A DNA stretch of 64,000 bases from Heteronotia binoei (taxonomy: Eukaryota), in the NCBI RefSeq assembly GCF_032191835.1, contig NC_083237.1, positions 1,612,001 to 1,676,000 on the forward strand, written 5' to 3'. The first letter of the stretch is position 1; every line of letters starts with the position of its first letter. Shown piece after piece: positions 20,879 through 43,000 of the stretch. Position numbers and translations under genes: made by a program. Below the pieces are notes generated by a model, which was not told the DNA's origin, did no database searches, and saw only the letters and a list, made by a program, of their open reading frames with translations.

Positions 20879-23479
20879 CATCTCCAAAGTTCATACCCCA
20901 AAGTTCTTGCTGGTCTCTACGGGGCTACCCAGCTGGCGTTGGCCTCTTCCACTTCAGCCCGACAGAGCTGCCCAGGTCAAGTCCCTCCACACACCTCCCC
21001 ACGCCCGGCTCTGATGAAAGGGGGTCCCCAGAAGAACACAGGGACGAGGAAGCTGCTTGGTCTCGAGGAGCAGGAGAGGAGGAGGCTGCGGCCCTGGGGC
21101 GAGGGGCACTTGAGGTATCTGTTACCAGGCAGAGGCCACAAGCTCTCTTCAGAGGGAGGTGAGGGTGCCGAGGCCCCGTCTCCTCCCCTCGGCCCCTGTG
21201 GGCAAGAGAAGGGGTGCCGCCTTGCCTGGAAGAGAGGGAGAGCTTCTCCAGCGCCAAGTGGCAAGCAGGTGCCGGGACTGCTCTGAATTCAATTCACTTT
21301 CGATTCCCTCTTCTGTGCTGTTGCAGGAGACCCCCCCACCCCCCCATGCCGCTCTTCCAAGGAGGCCAAAATCTGAAATCCAACCCACCTGCAAGGAGGC
21401 AGCTGCTGGCCCCCCAAAGAGCCAGCCACACGGCCACCCTGGGCGGGAACATCTCCTCGGGCTGCCTTTCCCTCGCTTCTGCTGTCCTCTGCCTGCTCGG
21501 GTCTGGGAGCTCTCGAATTGGGGAAGGAAGTGACACAGGCCGGCCTGACTAGCAGGTGACTCGGGCTGCAGCATTGCCCAACTCTTGTAGCCATGGGACT
21601 CTGGCAGGCCGGGAGGGAGGGACTGGTTCCACTGGGGATTCCTGGCAGGGCACCTTTTAGGGCTCATCGGCCCGTGGCCACCTTAGCCCAGAGGGTGAGG
21701 ACAGATGACCGCTGGCTGGCACACAATTCGGCAGCTTTAAAAGGTCATTTGTAAAATGGAGGAGCGCTGGCTGGGAAAGAGTCACATGTGGCTGGGGGCA
21801 CTCCCACTGGCTGGCGCGAATAGAGGCGAGGCGGTCGCTCTTCCTGCCTTGAAGAAGACATTGGATTTATATCCCGCCCTCCACTCCAGAGAGTCTCAGA
21901 GCGGCTCACAATCTCTATCTCCCTTCCCCACAACAGGCACCCTGTGAGGTGGGTGGGGCTGAGAGGGCTCTCCCAGCACCTGCCCTTCAAGGACAACCTC
22001 TGCCAGAGCTCTGGCTGACCCAAGGCCATTCCAGCAGCTGCAAGTGGAGGAGTGGGGAATCAAACCCGGTTCTCCCAGATAAAGAGTTCGCACACTTCAC
22101 CATTACACCAAGCTGGCCGTGGAAGCCAGAATGCCAGCCTCAGTGGGCCAAGAAGAGGGCCCCGCTCTATCCTGGAGCCTGAGAGACAAGGAAAAGGGAG
22201 CCGCGTCTCACAGGGACAAAGTACAGCGGGGGTCTCCGGCAGCCCCTCAGGCCCCAAAAGGCCTTTGGCTCCCCCGCCCACCTGTTACTGACATATTGCT
22301 ATTTCTATCCCATGGGAACTCAAAGCAGCTTGCAATGTTATGCCGCCCTCTTCCATTTTCTCCTCACAACCAGCGCCCTGCGAGGTAGGTTAGCTTGGAT
22401 GAGGGTGTTGTGTGACCAGCGTTCCCTCCGAGCTGTGGCGTCTTGCGAGCAAAAATTCTACCCTGTGAGCTGAATGGCGTTCTAGGTTGTGAGCACCTGC
22501 ACCAGTCCGTTCGCTGTGGGGCTGTTTTTCCTCGTCTGACACAAAACCGTGTGAGCTGGAGGCGAAAAAATGGTGCGCTAGCTCACAGTAATTCAGCTTG
22601 GAGGGAACACTGGTTGTGACTGGCCCAAGTGTGTGTAGGGGGGGGGGTCTGAGCCTGGATTTCCGGGACACCCCCACCCCCCACATGTTAAGTACCGTCC
22701 TGCTTCCACCTCAAGGCAGCCAGTGAGTCAGGGGGCCTCGGCCCTTTTGAGCCTATGCAGCCAAACCTCGCCCCCCCCCCCCCAAGGCTGCCCGGAAATG
22801 ATGGCTGCAGCTTCTCTTCAGTCGCACAGCACAGCGCCTTGTGATGGGTGGGAAATGCTGCCATAGCAATGCTTTTTAAAAACCTGTCCAGCCAATCAGA
22901 GCGCCAGTCGTCTGTCATGCACCCCCCACCTGGCTCTGCCCTCCTGAAAACCCTTGGTGGGCCCCAGGAAAGGGGGGGGGGGCTCTGTTAACAGCTTGGC
23001 AGACTGGAGGGCTGCGGTTTCCTCTGCTCAGTTCATCCATCTGGTATTGGGGCTTCCTCATTCTCAGCTGCCTTCCCCTTTTCATGTGATCAGTCGGAAG
23101 TGTCCCCTAGTCCAGCCCCCTGAACAATGCAGAAACTTCACAAATACTGCCCCCCCCCCACATCCCCAGTGACCCCTGCTCGCTGCCCAGAAGATGGCCC
23201 AAAAAACCCTCCAAGATCCCTGGGCAAATTGGGGACCAGCAGTCTCCTGGATGTGTAAGGAAGGGCCATGAGAACTGAGCACTGGTGCAGCCCTTCCTAA
23301 GTTCACAGGTGGCCATCTAGCCTGTTTATAGACCTCCAAAGGAGGAGAGCCCCCCACCTCCCAAGGAGGAAGCCTCTTCCACTGAGGAACCGCTCTAACT
23401 GCCAAGTTCTTCCTAATGTTGAGCCAGAAACTCTTTTGATTAAATCAACTAGAACGATTCAAGGTTTGGAACACTTTCC

Positions 23480-24105
23480 CTAAGAAAGGTTAAAACGCTT
23501 GGGGCTGTTTAGCTTGGAGAAATGTCGACTGCGGGGTGACATGAGAGAGGTTGATAAGATTATGCACGGGATGGAGAAAGTAGAGAAGTCCTTTTCTCCC
23601 TTTCTCACAATACAAGAAGTCGTGGGCATTCGATGAAATTGCTGAGCAGACAGGTTAAAACAGATAAAAGGAAGTACTTCTTCACCCAAAGGGTGATTAA
23701 CATGTGGAATTCACTGCCACAGGAGGTGGTGGCGGCCACAAGTATAGCCACCTTCAAGAGGGGTTTAGATAAAAATATGGAGCACAGGTCCATCAGTGGC
23801 TATTAGCCACAGTGTGTGTGTATATATAAAAAAATTTTGGCCGTGTGACACAGAGTGTTGGACTGGATGGGCCGTTGGCCTGATCCAACATGGCTTCTCT
23901 TCTGTTCTTATGTGACACAGAGTGTTGGACTGGAGGGGCCATTGGCCTGATCCAACAGGGCTTCTCTTATGTTCTTATGTGACCCAGAGTGTTGGACTGG
24001 AGGGGCCATTGGCCTGATCCAACAGGGCTTCTCTTATGTTCTTATGTGACCCAGAGTGTTGGACTGGAGGGGCCATTGGCCTGATCCAACATGGCTTCTG
24101 TTATG
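23480..24105 (+). mobile_element. CR1 3' fragment ending in four 67-nt terminal repeats
   Basis: ORF2 tail plus the same unit as the 11-13 kb array. Confidence 0.8.
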
Positions 24106-25689
24106 TCTAGATCCTTCTGAAAATGTGGCGCCCAAAATTGAACACAAGACTCCAGAGCAAAGCAATACTGTCACTTCATATGATCTGGACACTATACTCC
24201 TGCTGATACATCCCAAAAATTGGATTTGCCTTTTTCTACTGTACTTTCCTATCATTGCTGTCTGTGACCAAAGTACAATAACCTGTTAATGCTTTTGCAA
24301 CAAGCCTGTAAGGTAGGCCAGGCAGGGTGGCACCATTTAGCCCAAGGCCCTCCGGTGAGGGTCCTTGCAAGGAGAACCCCTAGAGGTTAGCCCCTTCCCC
24401 TTGTTTCCTCTGCAGGGGCTCTAGCAGAGGAAGCCCCCCCCCCAAGTCAGTCCTTTACCTGCAGGCGTTGGGGCTGGTATCTGGGGCTGTGCTCACCTTC
24501 CTATCAAGGCAGACCCTGCCAGATCTACCTGGTCCTCCTTTGTCCAGCAGTGGGTCTTTGGCCAAGAAAGGTCTTCCCCAGCGCTGGTTTGGAGGGTGAC
24601 CTCAGGACCCCTCCCTGTTCTAGCGCAGGGGTGGCCAAAGTGTTGCTTGAGAGCCACATAGAATAGAATCCTAGAGTTGGAAGGGACCTCCAGGGTCATC
24701 TAGTCCAACCCCCTGCACAATGCAGGAAACTCACAAACCCCTCCCCCTAAATTCACAGGATCCTCATTGCTGTCAGATGGCCCTCTAGCCTGTTTAAAAA
24801 CCTCCAAGGAAGGAGAGCCCACCACCTCCTGAGGAAGCCTGTTCCACTGAGGAATTGCTCAACATTAGGAAGTTCTTCCTAATGTTGAGCCAGAAACTTT
24901 TAATTTATGTGGCTCTTGAAGCCCCCCCCCACCTCTTCTGCCAGCTGGCTTGGAGAATGCATTTAAAGTTGCTTTCTTTTCACCTCCCCCAGTGTATTTT
25001 CCTTCCTTCTTTCCTTGCGGCTTTCAAACATCTGAGGTTTGTCTCTTGCGGCTCTCAAGCAGCTGGCGTTATTCTATGTGGCTCTTACCTCAAACCAAGT
25101 TTGGCCACCCTGGTTGTAGCGTGGGCTGCGGCCTTCTCTGAATTCACATCTTATGCCCTCCCCCAGGGCCCGTTGTCTCAACCACCAGGTAGAGAAAAGC
25201 CTAACCCAGCATGTGCCACCTTCCTTAAGACTACTGAACCGGCCGGTGCTGTCAGGTCACAGCTGACTCTCAGCAAATCCAGAGGGGCTTTCAAGGGAAA
25301 AGACAAGTAAGTGGCTTGCCATTGCCTCCTTCCACCAAGCAGCCCTGGGGTGGAGATTCCAAGCTACCAGGCTATGCCAGGGGCTCTTGGCACCCTTTCC
25401 AGGTCTTCTCCCACCCCCCTCCACAAAACCCATCATTTCTTTGAGCAGCTCATCTCTCCCACCCTCCCTTCTGCCTTTAAGCCAGCAGACTCTTGGTCCC
25501 CTGGGCAGATTCGATGCCTGCCCCTTCTCTGGTGTGCGCTGAGGACTCTGCTCTTCAACAAGGGAAGGGCAGAAACACCTGGGAGCTCAGGCAGCAACTC
25601 CGGAAGGTCTGTAGCCCGGGCTCCCCGCTCAGCGCATTGCCCCCTTTTAACAAAGACCACCCAAAGCAGCTGAGTTTTTCAAGATCACC

Positions 25690-25695
25690 TTTATT
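25690..25695 (-). terminator. EIF4A1 distal polyadenylation signal AATAAA
   Basis: tttatt on plus strand at the end of an AT-rich 3'UTR-like segment. Confidence 0.55.
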
Positions 25696-26246
25696 TTGGT
25701 CACTGTAACTTTCCTTTTGAATAAATAATAGCTATACAAAAAAGTAAGGTTGCACGCACTAATTTTTTGCCATATGAAAAAAGTTTTCAATTTTTTTTTA
25801 AAAAAAGCATGGTGGGAAAAGTTTCGTTCTCATATGGAGGGAAGGTCTCTTGGCAATTTGTTTGAACCGCTGATTTTAGGCAGGGAGAGAAGAAAACCAT
25901 GACTCTTAGTGAGGTAGGTTTTAGATTCTCAAGCTTTTTTTTCGTTAGCACCACAATTCTGGCAAAGGTCGATTCCAAAGACTACAAAATCTCTCTTGTC
26001 ATTGTGCCGGGGGGGGGGGAGCAACCCAGCCAAGAGGAGGAGAGAGCTGAAGCCGGGGGGGGGCTCCAGCTCCTCCATCCACTCCCCCTGCCTGACCTCA
26101 GGGGGCCGCTGGGCTCCCGCGGTTGAGGGGGCAGCTGGACAACCGAACTACAAGATGAAGTCACGAGGGAGAAGGGCAGAGAAAGACAGAAAAAGCGCCA
26201 GGAAAAACACTAAAAAGGTTTCATTTTTGCCTCCAAAAAAGTGACA

Positions 26247-26252
26247 TTTATT
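26247..26252 (-). terminator. EIF4A1 proximal polyadenylation signal AATAAA
   Basis: tttatt on plus strand, ~90 nt after the stop codon. Confidence 0.5.
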
Positions 26253-26342
26253 CAAAAGGCAAGAAAACTCAAAAGTAGAAACGGGGGGAATTCTGTGCCC
26301 CGAGGGGGGTGGGTGAGCACAGCAGCCCCCCCTAGAGGCAGC

Positions 26343-35639
<9,297 letters not shown>

Positions 35640-35662
<23 letters not shown>

Positions 35663-36200
35663 TCTGGGTGGAAAGTCTTGGCCCCGCCCGCCTCGCGCCG
35701 CCTTATAACGGCCGTCTGGCGCCCGCCCACTGCTGCCTTCCCATTGGCCAGCTTCCTCGCTCCCGCCTTCCCTCTCCTCTCCCTTGATTGGTCCGCATGC
35801 CCCCTCCCTCCTCTCCTTCCACCCCGCCCCCCACGGACCGGCTTCTCTCCCATTGGCCTTCCCGCCGCATCACGATGACGCCACCCGCACGGAGCGCGCT
35901 GATTGGGCTCGGGCTTCCGAGGGCGGGTTGGGCGGAGGCCGTGACGCAAGCGCGCCAGAACGCAGAGGGAGGGACGGAAGGGCGCTGCGGTGACGCAGGG
36001 AGGACGCCGGCGACGGATTGGCCAGCAGGCGGATCAATTGGACGTGGGCTCAGCCAATGAAGCGGCGGCCTTTGAAGGAAGGGCGAGGAAAGCCCACGTG
36101 GTGGGGCCTCCATTGTCGGGGGAAGGGAACCGCGGGCTCGGCCGCAAGGGCCCGCCAAGGGCCCCTCCACACGCACACGGGAGCGCCCGGCGGGAGGGCG
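35640..36200 (-). promoter_or_regulatory. EIF4A1 CpG-island promoter: TATA box, CCAAT cluster, E-box
   Basis: TTATAA at 35703-35708, ~40 nt from the ATG; repeated ATTGG/CCAAT at ~35743, 35787, 35852, 35902, 36017, 36054; CACGTG at ~36096; GC box GGGCGG. Confidence 0.75.
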
Positions 36201-37634
36201 CGAAGGCCTCGCCCTGGGGACCCGGGAAGGCCCTCGCCCTCCTCCCCTCCCGCGCCCCTCGGCCTAGCTGGGCCTCGCCCTCCGACAGGCCCGGCCCTCC
36301 TCCCCTGGGCAGCGGACTCCACCGCTCCAGCCCCCGCAGCAAGGAGGACTCTGCCGGCTGGGCAGGCCTGGGGGCGGGCCGAAGTGGAGCTCGGCCTTCC
36401 AGCCTTTGCGCAGCACAGGCCTCGGGCCTGAGGCAGAACCCACCGCCCAACCCACGTGGCACGCCTGCCCCCACCCTAGCAGAAGCCAGCGGGGTCCATT
36501 CCCGCAAACCGGGGGGGGGGGGGGGGAGGGCGGATTTTAGGCAGGGGTTTGGGGAGGGGAAGGACCGGGGTAGGGCACTACGCCATGCCCCCCCCCACCT
36601 CCCACAGCAGCCCTTTTCTCCAGGGGAGGTGGAATCAAGGACCCCAGCAACGCCTAAGCGCGCAGTGTGGTCTGGAGATCAACTGTAAAACTGCGACATA
36701 GCTACCTTCTCTCCCCTCCCCCTCTAAGAACAATGGCAACCCTACAACACCCACCCCATCCTACAGAATGCCGCCATCTATAGAGGGCCAGTCTTCCCCC
36801 CCCCCCCCCTCCAGAGTCAAAGGGCTCTCAAGCTACATTTCCCTCCTCCTGTGCTCTGCACAGGCAATGAATGCCAAGGCCTGAACCTGGACTCCCAAGA
36901 AGGGGAAGCAGGGACTCTGTGGCCCCTCCCTGCAAGGCTGCTTTGCCCCCACCCCAATAGCCGCATTTCTCCCAGCTGGGAAACATGGGGACAGGGACAC
37001 ATAGTCCTCACAGACTGATATGACTCTCCTCTCCTGTTACTCCTACCTAGTCTGTGACTCACCTCCCACTCCACACCTCGCTCTTTGCAACAGCTGAGAA
37101 AGGCCAAACATCCTGAGGGCACAGGATAGTGAGTCAGTTGCTGACAGCAGCGGCAAGTAGAGGCCAAACCTGAGCCATTTCCAGCAAAGACCAAGTTTTA
37201 GGCCAAGGACCCCTTTGCTTTGTTCCAGCCCTCTGATGGAAGAAGGGAGAGGAGTAGGGGCAGAGTGTGGTCCAGAGCACGGCATGGAAGGGCATGAGCA
37301 GTAGGGAAGCTTTTAAAAGGCTTGATGGCTGTGGCCTTGCCTATGGTGGCCAGAGAGGGTCCTTCCCCACAGCTAGGCACAAAAGCCTGTTTTATTCCTG
37401 AGAACATGAGGCAGAAGGGAAACGGTTTTGCAGGATTCAGCTGCATTACGTTAATTGTCTATAATCTGTAACCTGCCTTTTTAAAAAAAAGATGTACAAT
37501 TTCAAGCTGCTATTTGCCACCTTGAATCTAAAAAGCTGTGGCAGGAGGATTCAAATATAAAATTAAGATCCAGGTTACTACTCTGGGCCTGGGGACAGTC
37601 CACCACCACTTCCGTGCTTCTCCAAAGAATGCTT

Positions 37635-37640
37635 TTTATT
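37635..37640 (-). terminator. Likely SENP3 polyadenylation signal
   Basis: AATAAA on minus ~620 nt after the stop codon. Confidence 0.5.
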
Positions 37641-38262
37641 ACCCACAATGGCAGCCATCGTATAAAAAAAATGCTTGTTTCAGTTCTCGGCCCCAGTGTA
37701 TAAACCTGACCCCTCCCGCCACCCACCCCGCTTTTTCAACTCCCAGCCCCTCAGGGGGGAAAAACCCACACAGTATTCACTAACACGAGTAACCAACAAA
37801 GGCAAGAAAGTCAGGGGAGAAAGGGGGACTGCTGCCTTCCCCCTCTTCCTGGTCCTCATTTCAGGGCTCTATCACTTCTCTTCCGTTGCGAGCGGAGGAC
37901 TTCCAGAGGGTGGGCTCCACATACGTCCCAGTCCCTCCCCAAAAGAACCAACTCAAAGAAACTCCACCTTGGGTTAGGTTTAAATATGAAAAAGGGAGAA
38001 GAAGGGGGGGGGGGGGGAAAGACCAGGAAGAGAAAAAGATAAAGGGGAGGGGGGGGTAGACTTGGGTTAAAAACACATCCCCCCCCCGCAACAGGAGTCC
38101 ACTTGTCAAACATCAAGAGTCCCGTCACCCCAAAGTCCCCTTGCGTGCACCCCTGGGCATCAACCTTCACCAGATCAGGTGAGGCAGAGCTTTCAGGGGG
38201 CCGCTCCCAGCTCTGGGAAGGGGAAGAGGTGGTGTGTGGGGCTGAGAGGACGCAGGCCCTCT

Positions 38263-40030
38263 TCACACACTCAGCTTGCAGTGACACATCTCCTTGTACA
38301 TCAAGCGGCGGAGTTTCGGCATGTCTTGCTGTGTGAACGTGAAGGGGAGTCCCAGTCCCAAGTATTTGGAATACTGCAAACGAGAAAGAGAGAGAGAAGA
38401 GGAAACGTGGAAGTCTCAGCACCCAGGGAATAGCGGGGCGGGGTGCTTGCCTACACAAGCATCTGGCAGGAAGAAGAATTGCAGACTTATACCCTGCCCT
38501 TCCTGAATCAGGGACTCAAGAGTGGCTTACAATCTCCTATATCTTCTCCCCCCACAACAGACACCCTGTGAGGTGGGTGGGGCTGAGAAGGCTCTCACAG
38601 CAGCTGCCCTTTTAAGGACAACTCCTGCGACAGCTATGGCTAACCTAAGGCCATTACAGTAGCTGCAAGTGGAGGAGTGGGGAATCAAACCCGGTTCTCC
38701 CAGATAAGAGTCCGCACACTTAACCACTGCATAAAACTGGCTCTCAGGAAGGAAGGAAGGAAGGAGAAGACTGCAAATTTGTACCCCACCCTTCTCTCTG
38801 AATCAGAGACTTAGAGTGGCTCACAATCTCCTTTCCCTTCCTCCCCCACAACAGACACCCTGTGAGGTGGGTGGGGCTGAGAGGGCTCTCACAGCAGCTG
38901 CCCTTTCAAGGACAACTCCTGCAAGAGCTATGGCTGACCCAAGACCATCCAGCAGCTGCAAGTGGAGGAGTGGGGAATCAAACCACGTTCTCCCAGGTAA
39001 GAGTCTGTACATTTAACCACTACACCAAACTGGTTCTCTTACAATTTCCTTTCCCTTCCTCCCCCATAACAGACACCCTGTGAGGTGGGTGGGGCTGGAG
39101 AGGGCTCTCACAGCAGCTGCCCTTTCAAGGACAACCTCTGCCAGAGCTATGGCTGACCCAAGGCCATGCTAGCAGGTGCAAGTGGAAGAGTGGGGAACCA
39201 AACCCGGTTCTCCCAGATAAGAGTCTGCACATTTCACCACTACACTAAACAGGCTCTCTTACAATCACCTTCCCTTCCTCCCCCAGAACAGACACCCTGT
39301 GCGGTGGGTGGGGCTGAGAGAAGCTCTCCCAGAAACTGCCTTTTCAAAGACAACTCTGCCAGAGCTATGGCTGACCCAAGGCCATTCCAGCAGGTGCAAG
39401 TGGAGAAGTGGGGAATCACACCCGGTTCTCCCAGATAAGAGTCCACACACTTCACCACTACACCAAACTGGCTCTCCCTTGAGAACACTGGTTCAAGTAG
39501 TCCAGCTGTTGTAGACCTCTTCCCTGAAGCTCTGGCCAGGTGGTAACACCCTTGGGGGGTGGGGCGTGCCTTTAAGAAACCTCCCTCACAGTACACTTGA
39601 TCAGTACGAAAGAGCAAGAGTCCAGGAGCACCTTAAACACTAAGGATTTGTGGCAGGAGAGGCGCTGAGTTGCTTCTTCAAATACTGGAGCAGTTATTCA
39701 AGAAAGCACATCGCCTGCTGCAAAAGAGCTCCTGGACTCTGGCTCTTTTCTGCTGCTGCAGACCAACACGGCTGCCCATCCTGACCAAGAAAGCTACTTT
39801 TTATTAGTTTTCAGTTCCCCTGCATGAGAACATCTGCGGAAGAGGAAAGTGGCAGTTTGCCCAGTCCTCCAAGATTATTCTCCCTTCAAGCAGCTTTACG
39901 TTACACTTTCTGTGCACGCCACAGTTGGGAGGGGGGAGCAGGGGGAGCAAAAGCCCTGGGTCTCACCTGCAAGACGAAAGCTCCACAGTCGCTGTCGTTG
40001 TTCTGCCTGGCAATGTTCTGAGGATGACAC

Positions 40031-40062
<32 letters not shown>

Positions 40063-43000
40063 CCAAAACAATGCCAGGGCCTCATGCAATTCCAGGGCCT
40101 CGCTCTTGGACAGCTGGTTACAGCCCTGCTAGAAAACAAGGACGCCGCCTCTCAGGCCCATAACAGCCAGCTCACACTCAAGCCACAAAGCAGCAAATCA
40201 ATAAAATTAAGACCAAGTCGACAGAAACAGCTAGAGGACCGAAAGCGCATGAAATAAAGAGCAGTCTAAAATATGACAATATTCAGATTAGGAGCAGACT
40301 GTACGCCAGAGGGGAAAAAAGGTGGGCTCCTTTAGCCGAAACCCTGAGTAAAGAGCAACGTTTTGGCCTGGCACCTGAAGGAAAGAAAAGCAGGTACCAG
40401 GTTAGCCTTTGGGAGGGGGGGCACACCTAAGGCGAGGGATGCAGCCGTCCAAAGAGCCTTCTCTAGTCACCGCCTGCTTCAGCTCTGCATGAGGGGTGGG
40501 TGGGGCTGGGCCCCTGGGAAAAGGTGGCGCTTCCCTTCTGCACATTTGTTCAGTAAGCGACTCTCCCAACACTCTGCAGCCCCTCTCCTCTCTTAAAGAT
40601 CGGAGCCGCCTGCTAGCTTCGAAGTAAAATGTCACTACAGCCCAGTCAGCTAGTCTTTTAAGAGCTACTTCCATGGCCACCGTTTTTAGAATTCTGCCTG
40701 CTGCTGGTTATCACTTTAAGATCGGATTCTTAGACCTGAGCTGGGAAAAATATGACTCCTGAATCTCAGTGGCAGAAGGCAACATCAGGGCAAGGTCTAT
40801 GCTCTGTTGGGCCTCTCGAGGAACCATCTGCCCACTCTGTGAGGCAAGGTGCTGGACTACTGGTCGGATCCAGCAGGGATCCCCTTGTGTTCTTATGAGA
40901 GTCTCTGCTTCTGTGCCCTGTTGCTGGCTCGCCAGAGGAACTGGCTGGCCACTGTGTGAGACAGGAGGCTTTAATGGATGGACCCTCACCAGTCTGATCC
41001 AGAAGGACTCTTCTGATGTTCTTCTCAGGGGAAAGCCTCAGCCTCTCTGCCTTGTTGTTGGCCATCTAAAGGAACTGGCTGGCCACTGTGTGAGACAGGA
41101 GGCTGGACTAGATGGACCCTCACTGGTCTGATCCAGAAGGACTCTTCTGATGTTCTTCTCAGGGGAAGGCCTCAGCCTCTCTGCCTTGTTGTTAGCCCTC
41201 TAGAGGAACTGGCTGACCACTGTGTGAGACAGGAGGCTGGACTAGATGGACCCTCACCGGTCTGATCCAGCAGGGCTCTTCTGAGGTTCTTCTCAGGGGA
41301 AGGCCTCGGCCTCTCTGCCCTATGTTGGCCCTCCAGAGGAACTGGTTGGCCACTGTGTGAGAAGGCAGGAGGCTAGACTGGATGGGCTCTCCCTGGTCTG
41401 ACCCAGCAGGGCTCCTCTGATGTTCTTCTCAGGGGAAGGCCTTGGCCTCTCTGCCCTGTTGTTGGCCCTCCAGAGGAACTGGGTGGCCACTGTGTGAGAC
41501 AGGAGGCTGGACTAGATGGAGCCTCACTGGTCTGATCCAGCAGGGCTCTCCTGATGTTCTTCTCAGGGGAAGGCCTCAGCCTCTCTGCCCTGTTGTTGGC
41601 CCTCCAGAGGACCTCGTTGGCCACTGTGTGAGACAGGAGGCTGGACTAGGTGGACCCTCCCTGGTCTGATCCAGCAGGGCTCTTCTGATGTTCTTCTCAG
41701 GGGAAGGCCTCAGCCTTTCTGCCCTGTTACTGGCCCGCCAGAGGAACTGGTTGGCCACTGTGTGAGAACTAGATGGATCACGGTTGGATCTAGCAGGACT
41801 CTTCTGCTGTTCTTATAGGATGCAAGTCTCCCCTACGACTTCCTTCATTATCCTCGGGGTGCGGAAGGTGTACAGCTCCCAAGCAAACGCAATCAGGAGA
41901 CGATGGGGAAATCTGGACGATCCACCATTAACAAAGGGTCTGAATAGATGTAAGTTGGGGCTGTCTAAGCACTTTGCAGGAAAGGAACAGAAGGTGACCC
42001 AGGGTACCTTGGGAAGCCCCATCACCGCTCTGAACTGCCTGCTTGCCGGTCGAGCGTCACACTGCAGTGGGTGAGGAGCAGGTCCTCCCAGCTGCCGTCG
42101 CCCCCCCTCAAGAAGGATCCCGCTAGACCTTGTCACTCTGGATGGCTCCAGCCATCCTCCCTGCCTTGCATGACCCCAAGTTTCTGCCTTGCATACCTGC
42201 TGTTATCAGGCCTGTGATTTCCCTCAAGACACTTTTTTAGTTAGTCTTTAGAGCAGGGGTGTCGAACATGTGGCCCGGGGCCCGAATCAGGGCGCTCCTG
42301 TCAGGCCCCCGAGCAACTGGCTGTCATCTGCTTCCTCCTCCCTCTCTTACTTCCTTCTGCATAACAGCTCGTTTTGCAAGGCTTGCTCAGTTGCACAGGA
42401 ACTACAGAGCAAAATCCCTATTTTCTCCATTGGCTTGGGGAGGAGGGGGGTGAGAGAGCTTGTTTTACCAGGCTCTCTCAATCGCACAGCAGAGCTACTG
42501 AGCCAAGCCTCTCTTCCTTATATTGGCTGAAGCTCCTTTCTCTCCTGGTCCCCTGGAGAAGGAAGGAAAGAGCCAGAGCTTCCTTTGCCCAGTTTCCTGG
42601 ATTGCACGAGAGAGATACAAAGAAAGCAACTTTAAGACCAAAGACAGCTAATGTTTTAAGCATGTTTTAAGGTTGGGGTTTTTTTTAAAAATCTTTAATT
42701 ATGTTTGCGTTCTTTCTAAAGTTTATATCCCTGCTACCTAATCTGAAATAGGTACACGCACGGCCCAGCCCAACAAGGTCTCATTTATGTCAGATCTGGC
42801 CCTCATAACAAATTTATTTATTTATTTATTTCGATTTATATCCCGCCCTACCCCACCGAAGCGGGCTCAGGGCGGCTCACAACATAAAACTCTAACAGTA
42901 AATCAGGTTAAATACATTAATAATTAATACAGCAAAATACATAAAAACACATTTATCAATATACTATGCTACATCTTCCCTAAAAGTCGGTTTTTCAAGT

